Shown in pieces: positions 43,416 to 54,208 of a stretch of 64,000 bases of DNA. How positions within the stretch are numbered: position 1 is the first letter of the stretch; each line of letters opens with the position of its first letter. A program made the translations under genes and the position numbers. The notes under the pieces are model-generated. The model saw only the letters and a list, made by a program, of their open reading frames with translations, did not search any database and was not told where the DNA came from. Where the stretch lies: contig CAVZSQ010000013.1 of the NCBI GenBank assembly GCA_963777955.1, forward strand, positions 480,001-544,000, written 5' to 3'. This DNA is from Calditrichia bacterium. GTDB taxonomy: Bacteria; Calditrichota; Calditrichia; JAJRVZ01.

Positions 43416-43788
43416 TTAACCACATATTTTTTCATTTATAATAGCAATAATGCTTAGTAGTACATCACTAATCTTCTTTTGTACTTCGTATTCTGTGTAT
43501 CTCAGAATTTTAAAGCCGAGATTTTCAAGTTTCTTCTGACGTTTTTTATCATATTCGACTTTTTCATTATGACTTATACCATCTATCTCGATAATTAATT
43601 TTAATTTTGGACAATAAAAATCGACTATATATTTGTCAATCGGTTTCTGTCGATGAAAATCATATCCCAATAATTGTTTATTCTTCAATCTTTTGCCATA
43701 ACAGGATTTCCGCCAGGGTACTTTTCTTTCTTAAAATTCTGGCTTTTTTTGTCAAGGCTGGATTATAATATATTATTTTCCCCTTCAT
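43416..43788 (-). CDS. DUF559 (very-short-patch-repair-like) endonuclease, one frameshift near 43690
   Basis: MKGKIIYYNPALTKKARILRKKSTLAEILLW joined to LKNKQLLGYDFHRQKPIDKYIVDFYC...IIEIDGISH...YDKKRQKKLENLGFKILR. AT-rich. Confidence 0.85.
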
Positions 43789-43837
43789 AAATTAGGTCCT
43801 TAAAATTAATTCTTTAGTGATGCAATTAATGTACCAA

Positions 43838-43894
43838 TTTTCCCCTCTTGAGAGGGGTGGCTTCCCGCCAATGGCGGGAAGACGGGGTGTGTGG
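43838..43894 (-). repeat. REP-like double-hairpin repeat, right (inverted) arm flanking DUF559 gene
   Basis: Reverse complement reads CCACACACCCCGT-CTTCCCGCCA t TGGCGGGAAG-CCACCCCTCT ca AGAGGGGAAAA. Confidence 0.85.
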
Positions 43895-43980
43895 AAATAT
43901 GCAAATATCATTTCCATTCTGATACCCTACCCTGTAAATTCCACACAGGTTATTTATGGAGGACAGCAGTACATCTAATA

Positions 43981-44943
43981 ATGAAACTCGGCAATCTTGA
44001 AATAAACCAGGGCATATTCCTGGCACCGATGGAGAATGTGACCGATTACCCCTTCCGCATGGTCTGTAAAAAACTGGGCGTCGATTTGGTTTATTCTGAA
44101 TTTATCAGTTCAGAAGCTCTGATCCGTGAAGTCCGGAAATCATTCCAGAAAATGACGATCCATCCTGAAGAACATCCCATTGGCATACAGATTTATGGTA
44201 ACCGGGTGGAAGCCATGATCAGGGCAGCTCAGCTGGCCGAGGAAAAAGGTCCAGATTTCATCGATATTAATTTCGGCTGTCCGGTAAAAAAGATTGCTCT
44301 CAAAGGTGCCGGGGCCGGTTTATTAAAAGATATTCCCCTGATGATAAAAATTTGCGCTGAAGTGGTAAAACATGCTGCTCTGCCGGTCACGGCTAAAACC
44401 CGTCTGGGTTGGGATACCGACTCCATTGCGATCGAAGAGATCGCCCGGCAGATGGAGTCGGTGGGTATAACCGCGATCGCCATTCATGCCCGTACCCGGG
44501 CGCAGGGATTTAAAGGCGATGCCGACTGGCAGTGGATCAGAAAAGTGAAAGAGACGGTAGGCATCCCGGTGATCGGTAATGGCGATGTAACGACTCCCCT
44601 GCAGGTTAAACAGATGTTTGAGGAAACCGGTTGTGATGCTGTCATGATCGGGCGCGGTGCCGTGCATAATCCCTGGATCTTCAAACATTCTAAAGAATTC
44701 CTGAGCAGCGGAAAAATTTCAGCCGAGCCCGCTCTGACAGAAAAAATCCAGATTCTAAAGGAACACCTGCGCTACAGTGTCGAATACAAGGGGGAGCCAA
44801 AAGGGGTGATTGAGATGCGCAAACACTATGCCGGTTACCTGCGTGGCTTGCCCAATATTGCCCGGCACCGCATGGAATTGATGCAGTTTACTTTATTGTC
44901 CGAGGTAAACACTAAATTAGAGGAACTGATACGGATGTATTAA
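43981..44943 (+). CDS. dusB: tRNA-dihydrouridine synthase B
   Basis: LAPMENVTD, DINFGCPVKKI, GAGAGLL, TAKTRLGW, HARTR, GNGDV, MIGRG. Confidence 0.93.
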   Translation: MKLGNLEINQGIFLAPMENVTDYPFRMVCKKLGVDLVYSEFISSEALIREVRKSFQKMTIHPEEHPIGIQIYGNRVEAMIRAAQLAEEKGPDFIDINFGCPVKKIALKGAGAGLLKDIPLMIKICAEVVKHAALPVTAKTRLGWDTDSIAIEEIARQMESVGITAIAIHARTRAQGFKGDADWQWIRKVKETVGIPVIGNGDVTTPLQVKQMFEETGCDAVMIGRGAVHNPWIFKHSKEFLSSGKISAEPALTEKIQILKEHLRYSVEYKGEPKGVIEMRKHYAGYLRGLPNIARHRMELMQFTLLSEVNTKLEELIRMY

Positions 44944-44948
44944 TAAAT

Positions 44949-45008
44949 TGACCTATCCCCTCACTCCCCTTCCCTTATATATAAGGGAAGGGGATGGGGG
45001 ATGGGTCA
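44949..45008. repeat. Long palindromic REP-like element / bidirectional terminator between convergent genes
   Basis: TGACCTATCCCCTCAC-TCCCCTTCCCTTATA/TATAAGGGAAGGGGA-TGGGGGATGGGTCA. Confidence 0.75.
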
Positions 45009-45010
45009 GG

Positions 45011-46592
45011 TTATTTTATAAAAACCAATTTCTTGGTAAACTGCCCTTCAGCTGTCTCCAGACAGTACAGGTATACTCCCGCAGCCAGTTGCGCAGGTTG
45101 CCAGGTAATTCTATGGATACCGGCATTTTGCCTGGAATTTACCAGGACGGTCATCACCTGTCCTAATAAATTATAGACTGTTAATTTAACCTGGCCGGCT
45201 TTGGCTAATCCATATTCAATCCGGGTACTGGGATTGAAAGGATTAGGATAATTTTGACTCAAGTACATCTTTTGTGGCACAATTTTTTGTTCATCATTTA
45301 CTGCAGAGGCAGGTACTAAATTAAGACGTACCGTATCACCCGGCTGGTGTTGCTGCCAATCTCCTCCGCTGATGACATACCCTTCCGGTAAAGGCGTACC
45401 CCATTCCGGATCAGTATTTATACCTATATAATAATCGCTGCCGGTGCGTACATGTAATTCAAAATAGCCATTACCGGCATCGGACATGGCCCGGGTATAC
45501 CCTACTTCCGTGGTGGCCATCAGTTGATAACTTTGCGAAGGGGGTCCCGACTGCTCAGTGATATACCCATAAATCAGACTATTAGTCTCATAAACCGTAA
45601 TAATCCTCTCCACGCTGTCACCAAAACTGACCGGAAATGAATCGTCGTGTAATTGCGGCGCTAAATAATCCGGGAAAAATATTTCGTCATTTATATCCAG
45701 GTAAAAATAATTGGTCGAGTCCTGGCCCTGCGGAGTGACGGAAACAGGTAAATTGAAATGGCCGTCTACTATCTGATACTCAGCTTCTTCACCGTTAGTA
45801 TTATTCCTCCAATTGATCCAGCTATTAATCATGACCTGCGCTCCTGCCTGATTTTTTATATCTCCATAAATCCATGAGGCGGCTGCAGTATAATAAAAAT
45901 CGATGGAACTGACTCCAGAGGCCGGAACCTGTAACTCATAGGTCGGGGTGGTCCCGATGTAATTGGCAAGATTGGGTTCAAAAAGAACTTCAATCCGCCA
46001 GGTTGAATCGGCTACAGGTAGATTAATAATATAAGACCCCTGGTTGTCCGTTAAACCTGAAAACATACCCAGGTTCCGTCCGGAAGCATTAATCATTGTA
46101 TTTGCATAAAGTGCGTTTGGTGCTGACACTCCCTCGATATGGATATTTCCGCTGATTTGGGCCGCGGGACTGGGCATCGCATTGATAGTAAACCAGGTTG
46201 TGAAGGAGTCTTTGATCCGCATCAACTACCTTCATTACATAATTTTGAGGATGGAAACCGAAAGGTCCAAATTCAATATAAACGATCCCATCCGGGACAG
46301 AACTGGAGTCGGATGGTCCGTCTTGCTCCACCTGCCCATCAGTCAATTCAAATTGCTGCAATAAAAAATCACCATCGTCGAGCGTCTTTGAATTGTCCAA
46401 ATCCAGATACAATTCAGCTAAGGCAGTACTCCCCGGTGTTTCCACATCAAACTCCCAGGCGTACATATCTCCCTGCGTCAGCACATGCGAGGTATCACCA
46501 TTCACCCAGGCATAGATGTAAGTAATTGCCGGAAGATCGCTGACCGGATAAATAAAAAAGAATAAGATAAATAAAAGTAAAAATTTCTTCAT
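45011..46592 (-). CDS. Secreted protein with C-terminal T9SS type A-like sorting domain (frameshift near 46215)
   Basis: Signal peptide MKKFLLLFILFFF in ORF 46089-46592. ORF 45011-46225 ends LSQNYPNPFNPSTRIEY...VYNLLGQ...AAGVYLY...KKLVFIK. Confidence 0.75.
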
Positions 46593-46804
46593 TTGAATCC
46601 CCCTGTGGTAAGTTATTTTAGTCTTATTCTCGGTATATATATGTAATCCTTTAATAGACCGGTATATTTATGCTCATACAAGTATGTTCCAACCAGAGGG
46701 AAATAATTGCAGTTTAGATTTTAGTATTCATTTTTTTAATATACATTTCCGGTGTTACATGTCAGAAGTAAATTTATAATACCAGATTATTTCAGAGAGA
46801 TCTT

Positions 46805-47803
46805 ATGAAGACCATTAAATGGGGTATCATCGGCTGCGGAGATGTTACTGAAGTAAAAAGCGGGCCGGCACTGCAGAAGGTAAAAAATTCCAGATTGCAG
46901 GCGGTAATGCGCCGGAATACCGCCAAAGCTGAAGATTACGCCCGCCGGCACCAGGTTCCCAAATGGTACGATCAGGCCGATGCTCTCATCCATGACCCGG
47001 ATGTGGATATTGTCTATATCGCCACCCCGCCGGATTCCCACCATGACTATACATTGAAAGTTGCTGCCGCAGGTAAACCGGTCTACGTCGAAAAACCGCT
47101 GGCGCGGAACTATACGGAATGCCTGGAAATGATCGAAGCCTGTCAGCAGGCCAAAATACCTCTATTTACCGCCTATTACCGGCGCAGCCTGCCCCTGTTT
47201 TTAAAAATCAAAGAATCGCTGGAGCAGCATAAAATAGGTGAGGTGCGCTTTATCAATATAGTACTCTGCCAACCGCCCTATCAAAAGGATTACGATTCTA
47301 CTCAACTGCCCTGGCGGGTAATTCCCGAAATCGCCGGCGGAGGATACTTTATCGACCTGGCCAGCCATACTCTCGATCTGCTGGATTATTACTTCGGGCC
47401 GGTCACAGAAGTAAACGGACTGGCCAGCAATCAGGCTAGACTTTATCCGGCTGAAGACACCGTCGTGGCGGATTTACGATTCAAATCCGGAATACTGGCC
47501 TCAGCTGTCTGGTGCTTCTGCTCCTCGGTCCGGGAGGATAAGGTTACCATCATGGGTACGGAAGGTGAAATATCCTTCTCGACATTTATGGAACATGATG
47601 CGATCATGGAAAACAGAGACGGACGTACCTCCTGGCCTTTCAACAAACCAGAACATATTCAGCAGCCGCATATCCAGTCTATTGTCGATCAACTCAACGG
47701 TAGCGGCCGCTGCCCCAGCGATGGCCTGAGTGCCGCACGCACCAGTTGGGTGATGGACCAGATACTGGCGGATTGGAGAAAGAAGAACGGGATACTATTG
47801 TAG
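46805..47803 (+). CDS. Gfo/Idh/MocA family NAD(P)-dependent oxidoreductase
   Basis: WGIIGCG, VYIATPPDSH, VYVEKP, GGGYFIDLASH. Confidence 0.9.
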   Translation: MKTIKWGIIGCGDVTEVKSGPALQKVKNSRLQAVMRRNTAKAEDYARRHQVPKWYDQADALIHDPDVDIVYIATPPDSHHDYTLKVAAAGKPVYVEKPLARNYTECLEMIEACQQAKIPLFTAYYRRSLPLFLKIKESLEQHKIGEVRFINIVLCQPPYQKDYDSTQLPWRVIPEIAGGGYFIDLASHTLDLLDYYFGPVTEVNGLASNQARLYPAEDTVVADLRFKSGILASAVWCFCSSVREDKVTIMGTEGEISFSTFMEHDAIMENRDGRTSWPFNKPEHIQQPHIQSIVDQLNGSGRCPSDGLSAARTSWVMDQILADWRKKNGILL

Positions 47804-47804
47804 T

Positions 47805-47895
47805 TTTGCGTCCTTGGCGTCGAACTTAGCGTACTTTGCGTTATGCTTTTTCCAACGCAAAGGGCGCAAAGGTCTGCGACGCAGAGGTCGCTAAG
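47805..47895. repeat. Inverted array of ~9-nt units (YTTNGCGT / ACGCAAAG-like)
   Basis: tttgcgtcc ttggcgtc..ttagcgtac tttgcgtt, then aacgcaaag ggcgcaaag..gacgcagag gtcgctaag, immediately after the oxidoreductase stop. Confidence 0.6.
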
Positions 47896-48024
47896 AATAC
47901 TCATTAAATAATAGTGATCTTTGTCCATCTGCGGTAAATTAAACAATTGATACTTTTTGTAATATCACTTATTTTTATCCGACCCGTATAATTTCTTTTT
48001 AACCTGGAGTCATATGAGGATAAA

Positions 48025-49999
48025 ATGCCCCAGAATTTAACAGAAAAAATTGTACAGAAATTCGCTTATGGACTGGAGCGGGGTCACCTGGTTCATAGTG
48101 GCGACTATATAATGATCCAGCCGGCGTATGTTATGACTCATGATAACACCGGAGCCGTGATCCCTAAATTTAAATCCAGCGGTGCTACCAGAATGGCAAA
48201 TCCGCGACAGGTGGTACATACTCTCGATCACAACATTCAGGACCGCAGCGAAAAAAACCTGGAAAAATATTCTAAAATTGAATCGTTCTCCCGCTCGATG
48301 GGCGTGGACTTCTACCCGGCCGGACGGGGTATCGGCCACCAGATCATCTGCGAGGAAGGGTATGCCTGGCCAGGCACCTTCGTGGTCGCCTCGGACAGCC
48401 ATTCGAATATGTATGGCGGATTGGGCTGCCTGGGTACACCAATTGTACGCACCGATGCTGCCGCCATCTGGGCTACCGGAAAAACCTGGTGGCAGGTCCC
48501 GCCGGTGGCTAAGGTTGAATTACGCGGCAAACTCAAACCCGGTGTCAGCGGCAAAGACGTAATTATAACCCTGTGCGGTTTTTTTAATCATGATGAAGTG
48601 CTAAACCATGCGATTGAGTTCAGCGGAACCGGTATCGCAGAACTTTCGATCGAACAACGCCTGACCATTGCCAACATGTCCACCGAGTGGGGTGCCCTGG
48701 CGGGTCTATTCCCGATCGATGAAATTACCATTACCTGGTTGCGCCAGCGGGTAAAGTTCATAGAAAAGAGGGGGCTTGCGGGAGTACCCTCGGATACCGA
48801 TGGTCAGGGTGAACACCCCCGTATCAATTCCCAGCGTATTCAGAAACTGAAAAAAAATATACCTGTGGCCGATAGGAATGCTTTTTATGCTAAAAAGTTG
48901 GTATTGGATCTTGCCACTGTCCAGCCTTATGTCTCCGGTCCTAATTCGGTGAAGGTAATGACTTCAATTAAGGAGCTTGACCGGAAGAATATAAAAATCA
49001 ATAAAGCCTATCTGGTTTCCTGCGTTAACAGCCGGGTAGATGACCTTGCCGCAGCGGCTGAAATTGTACGCGGGAAGCAAGTGGCGAGCGGAGTCGAATT
49101 TTATATAGCAGCTGCTTCCAGCGAAGTACAGCAGGAAAGTGAAGCACGTGGCGACTGGCAGGTCCTGCTGAAATCAGGAGCTGATTCCCCTGCCGCCGGG
49201 ATGCGGACCGTGCATAGGTCTGGGTGCAGGTCTTTTGCAGGATGGCGAAGTAGGAATTTCAGCCACGAACCGGAATTTTAAAGGACGCATGGGCTCGCGC
49301 AACGCCGATGCCTATCTGGCTTCACCGGCGGTAGTAGCCGCTTCGGCACTGGCCGGAAAAATAACTTTTCCCGATCAGGGCAAAGCATCGAAAATAAAAG
49401 GCACACTGACTACAACTAAAACCAGAAGTAAAGACAAATCCCCGGTCAAAATTATAGCAGGTTTTCCGGAAACTTTGCAGGGTGAACTATTGTTCTGTTA
49501 CCAGGACAATCTGAATACCGATGGTATTTATCCTGGTAAATATACCTACCTGGATGATTTTACTCCCCGGCAGCAGGCTGAGGTGGTAATGGAAAATTAC
49601 GATCCCGAATTTAAAACCCTGGTCAGAGAGGGGGATCTGCTGGCCGGTGGTTTCAATTTCGGTACAGGCAGTTCGCGGGAACAGGCGGCTACTGCTCTGA
49701 AATACCGCGGCTTGCAACTGGTCATTGCCGGATCTTTTAACGAAACATATAAACGCAATGCCCTGAATAACGGTTTTCTGGTGATTGAAGCGCCGGAATT
49801 AGTCAAAGATCTGAAGAAAAAATTTGGTGACAGAAATCTGACCGTACGCACCGGAATCAAGGCAACCATAAACTTTAGTCTGTCTGAAATCCAGACCGCG
49901 GTTAAAACCTATTCCATCGATCCGGTAGGGATAGCCGCACAGGATTTAATCATCAGTGCAGGACTGGAAAACTGGGTCAAACGTCAACTTTTTTCATGA
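48025..49999 (+). CDS. lysF: Single-chain homoaconitase (fungal Lys4/LysF-type), frameshift near 49184
   Basis: [60 protein letters not shown]. The shifted frame gives [10 protein letters not shown]...[13 protein letters not shown], then swivel domain [14 protein letters not shown] and [12 protein letters not shown]. Confidence 0.85.
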
Positions 50000-50008
50000 G
50001 GAGGTATA

Positions 50009-52026
50009 ATGGAGCAGCATCAACAGCAGGAGCAGGGCGCAAAACTTCCGGAAAATGCTTATCGCAAACTAAAACCGGGAGAGGAATACCTTCCCATTGT
50101 ACCAAGTTCCACAATTGTGCCCGAACTAACCCCCTATTCACTGTTATCGGGAATTTTTTATTCTATTCTGTTTTCGATGGCAGCCGCTTATCTGGGTTTG
50201 AAAATCGGCCAGGTGTTCGAAGCAGCCATACCTATCGCCATTCTGGCTGTGGGCGGTTCAGCTTTACTTGGACGGAAAAAGGCCCTGCAGCAGAATGTTA
50301 TTATTCAATCGATCGGTGCTGCCTCCGGTGTGATCGTGGCCGGTGCGATTTTCACCATCCCCGGTCTCTATATTTTAGGACTGAATGCTAGTTTTTTGCA
50401 GATATTCCTGGCCTCATTTCTGGGCGGTTGCCTGGGCATTCTTTTCCTGATCCCTTTCCGTAAATATTTCGTGAAAGACATGCACGGGGAATTTCCTTTC
50501 CCGGAAGCAACCGCCACCACGGAAGTGCTGATCGCCGGAGAATCGGGTGGTCAACAGGCCAGGGTCCTGATTTCTGCAGCAGCGGTGGGTGGAATCTACG
50601 ATTTCTTTATTGCCGGATTCGGCTTCTGGAAAGAAGTTGTCGCTACCACGGCATTTCAATGGGGCCAGGTTCTGGCCGACAAAGCAAAACTCCTGTTTAA
50701 AATTAATATCGGAGCAGCTGTAACCGGTCTGGGTTATATCGTTGGTCTGCGTTATTCCCTGATCATCGCTGCCGGATCATTTTTGTCCTGGTGGGTTTTG
50801 ATACCTCTGGTATATTCGGTCGGTCAATATCTCACAGTTCCTATTCTGCAATCGGTCAAACCCATCGCCGAAATGGGCCCTAATGAAATCTTCAGCGATT
50901 ATGTCCGTCATGTCGGCATTGGTGCCATTGCGGCTGCCGGTATTATCGGTATTCTCAAATCATCCAAAATAATTGCCGGAGCTTTTAAACTGGCCGTGAA
51001 TGAAATAATGGGTAAAACCGGCTCACAGACGACCAAACAGGTTGAAAGAACGCAATTGGATATTAAAATGAAATGGGTCGCTATTTTGCTGATCCTGGTT
51101 TTCATTTCAATCTTTTTCTTTTTCTATTTTGGAGTAGTAGAGCAGAATCTGATGTATTCCATAGTTGGTCTGGTCATCGTTGGTGTTATAGCTTTTCTAT
51201 TCACCACTGTTGCAGCACGTGCTATTGCGATCGTCGGTACCAATCCGGTATCGGGTATGACCCTGATGACCCTGATAATCTCTTCCTTTATCCTGGTCCG
51301 CATCGGATTATCCGGTGATTTCGGTATGCTGGCCGCGTTGATTATCGGCGGAGCAGTCTGTACAGCCCTTTCCATGGCTGGTGGATTTATAACTGATTTG
51401 AAGATTGGATACTGGCTGGGTACCACTCCGCGTACTCAGGAAAGATGGAAATTTCTTGGTACTCTGCTTGCCTCGGCATCTGTCGGACTGGTAATACTGG
51501 TTCTGTACCAGACATACGGTTTTGGTCCAGGCGGATTGGAAGCTCCCCAGGCTTCGGCCATGGCAGCAGTACTTAAACCTTTGATGTCTAACCAACCGGC
51601 ACCGTGGTTTGCTTACCTGGCCGGTATTTTTATAGCCATCATTCTGGAATTACTGAAAATCCCGCCCCTGGCATTTGCCCTGGGTATGTATCTGCCACTG
51701 CATTTGAATACTCCCCTCCTGGTTGGCGGATTAATTGCTCATTTTGTTGAAAAAAGCACCAAAGATCGAAGACTTGTCCATACAAAGAAGAGACCGTGGT
51801 ACCCTGATTGCTTCAGGATTTATCGCCGGTGGTGCAATCATGGGTGTACTTGGCAGCCTTTATCGTATATTTTGGACAGCAATTTTTCGGTGACGGCTGG
51901 ACAATTATGCGGGCCCTCGGAACCGAACACTGGGTGGAATCATCAGGTTCCGAGATCCTGGGATTCGGTATGTATATACTTCTTTGTATTTATATGTACT
52001 GGGATTCGCTGCGGGTGAAGAAATAA
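50009..52026 (+). CDS. OPT family oligopeptide transporter (frameshifts near 51785-51850)
   Basis: YLGLKIG, FPFPEATATTEVL, NPVSGM, DLKIGYWLG, APQA, FALGMYLP. GTLIASGFIAGG is found in the shifted frame. Confidence 0.88.
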
Positions 52027-52061
52027 GATTCCTCTCCGCCTGACGGCGGATCGGAATGACA
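52026..52061. repeat. REP-like hairpin (AGATTCCTC...CGGAATGACA type) between convergent genes
   Basis: AGATTCCTC-TCCGCC tgac GGCGGA-TCGGAATGACA. Confidence 0.55.
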
Positions 52062-52083
52062 AGTTGTAGGTTATACTTTTCAA

Positions 52084-52989
52084 TTACGCTTTCTGTTTCA
52101 CCATCTGCACCGGATGATAATGAACATGCACCCGCTGCAGCAGATCGATCTCGCGTGATAATATATGCTCGACCTGCGTGGCGATCTGATCACCGCGGGT
52201 TACACTCATTCCCCCGTCAACACCGATAGTAATATTGATAACCAGGTACGGTCCGAAACGATGGGCCTTGATTTCTTCAATCTGCTGGATTGCGGAAATA
52301 CCGCTCAGCAGGCGGACGATTCTCTGTTCTAATTCTTTTCCCGGCACCGTATCCATCAGGTTGGCCGAAGATTCTCGCAGGATTTCAATACCGGTGCGCA
52401 ATATTACCAGAGCCACCAGCGCTCCGGCCAGCGGATCCACCGAGGGATAACCCAACCGCCCTAGAGCGATACCCACCCCGGCAGCTGTAGCGGCAAAAAT
52501 ATCGTTGCGGTGATCATAGGCTAAGGCAAATATTGCAGGATTATTCGTTTGCTGGCCGATCCGGCGGGTAATATATGTCAATGCTATCTTAAGGCAGACA
52601 GTGAAAATCGCGACTAGCAGGGCTCCTAAAGCTGCTCCGCCGTAATTACCCGAGCCCGACCACAAATCGTATACTTTATTGATTGAATCCCAGAAAATCG
52701 TGACACCAGTAGTAAGCACAAAAGCACCTACTACCAGGGCCGCAATGCTCTCCAGCTGCTGATGACCGTAAGGATGTTCATCATCGGCCGGTTTATGCGC
52801 CAAACCGACAAAAATTCGTACAACCACATAGTAGGCCACATCGGAAGTAGAGTTAATACCATCAGCCAGCAGGGCAGGACTATGCCCTATCATTCCCATG
52901 ACGGTTTTAAGCACAGCCAGCAGGATATTGGCAATAAGTCCCAGATTGATAGCAAACAGGCTGCGCGTTTCGCGATGTTCAAATTCCAT
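52084..52989 (-). CDS. Cation diffusion facilitator (FieF-like) transporter
   Basis: SPALLADGINSTSD, KPADDEHPYGH, AYDHRND, C-terminal dimerisation domain ending VHVHYHP. Confidence 0.9.
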   Translation of the reverse strand: MEFEHRETRSLFAINLGLIANILLAVLKTVMGMIGHSPALLADGINSTSDVAYYVVVRIFVGLAHKPADDEHPYGHQQLESIAALVVGAFVLTTGVTIFWDSINKVYDLWSGSGNYGGAALGALLVAIFTVCLKIALTYITRRIGQQTNNPAIFALAYDHRNDIFAATAAGVGIALGRLGYPSVDPLAGALVALVILRTGIEILRESSANLMDTVPGKELEQRIVRLLSGISAIQQIEEIKAHRFGPYLVINITIGVDGGMSVTRGDQIATQVEHILSREIDLLQRVHVHYHPVQMVKQKA

Positions 52990-53017
52990 TTCCAAATCAG
53001 ACTCTATTTATATACTG

Positions 53018-54208
53018 TCAGCGGTTAATCAGATTGATTGACGCATCTAATTTAGGATCGTTCAGCGGGATCAGCGCTTTTTTAAGATAGATATATATAA
53101 ATGCTGAAACAAATATGCCAGCTATCGCCAGAAAAATAATCAGATCGATAGCGGAGAGATAGAATTCGTATACTTTAAAATTGGGCATGACAATCCAGTA
53201 CAGATCAAAAAAATGCATGAGCAGAATCCAGACAGAAATACAGGCCAGAAAAGTCGGACTCCGTTTGGCGGCCCGGGTCATCAAACCTAAAAACGGTATC
53301 AGAAATTGACCGAATACCAGCAGCAGTGAAATATATTTCCAGCTCCCTTCCCAGCGGTGGCGGAAAAAGATCGTCTCCTCCGGTATGTTGGCATACCAGA
53401 TCAGAAAATACTGCGAAAAGGCCATGTAGCCCCAGAAAATGGTAAATGAAAACATCAGTTTGGCCAGGTCATGATAGTGTTCTATCGTAATTACATCCCG
53501 CAGCAGATTTTTCCTGCGCAGAAATAATCCGGTCAGCGTAATAAAGGCCAGGGCCGCCAGAAAACTGCCGGCAAAAATATAGAGTCCGAAAATTGTCGAA
53601 TACCAGTGCGGATCAAGGGACATTAGCCAGTCGAAAGCTGCAAAGGTGATAGTGATGGCAAACAGGATTATCCCCGGCGCACTGACTGTACGGAAAATCC
53701 TGGTCTGGGCGGAAGTATAATTCTGATCCTGTTTTAAGGAGGTCCTGTATAATATTAATGCCAGCACCGTCCAGATAATAAAATACAGTATCGAGCGGAT
53801 GATGAAAAATGGTACATTCAGATAAGCCGATTTGGCTTGCAGCAACTGATCAGCGGCAACTGCTTCGGCATGACTCCAGTGATACAAGTTATGAATTCCG
53901 CCAGCCAGGGGAATAAACAGTACGGCCAGAACCGGCACAGTCATAGCCAGCGATTCAGTAATACGCCGCAGCACGGTACTCCACACGGCATTGCTGACAT
54001 GGTGCAGCAGGGTCAGGAAGAGCGCACCGAGCATGATCGAAACCCAGAAGACATAAGCTACCAGGTATGCAGGATAAAATTCTGTGGGAAAGAAGTAATA
54101 AATAACAATAGTCAACAGCGAGCATAGCAAGGTGATGATTGAAACCGACCAGTAAAATGACCTGCGCTTCTTGGAATAATATGTCCTGATATTTTCCATA
54201 TCCCTCAT
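53018..54208 (-). CDS. actF: Alternative complex III membrane subunit ActF
   Basis: Multi-TM protein with DWLMSLDPHWYSTIFG, HYHDLAK, FSQYFLIWYANIPEET. ATG at 54208 overlaps the actE stop. Confidence 0.85.
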   Translation of the reverse strand: MRDMENIRTYYSKKRRSFYWSVSIITLLCSLLTIVIYYFFPTEFYPAYLVAYVFWVSIMLGALFLTLLHHVSNAVWSTVLRRITESLAMTVPVLAVLFIPLAGGIHNLYHWSHAEAVAADQLLQAKSAYLNVPFFIIRSILYFIIWTVLALILYRTSLKQDQNYTSAQTRIFRTVSAPGIILFAITITFAAFDWLMSLDPHWYSTIFGLYIFAGSFLAALAFITLTGLFLRRKNLLRDVITIEHYHDLAKLMFSFTIFWGYMAFSQYFLIWYANIPEETIFFRHRWEGSWKYISLLLVFGQFLIPFLGLMTRAAKRSPTFLACISVWILLMHFFDLYWIVMPNFKVYEFYLSAIDLIIFLAIAGIFVSAFIYIYLKKALIPLNDPKLDASINLINR

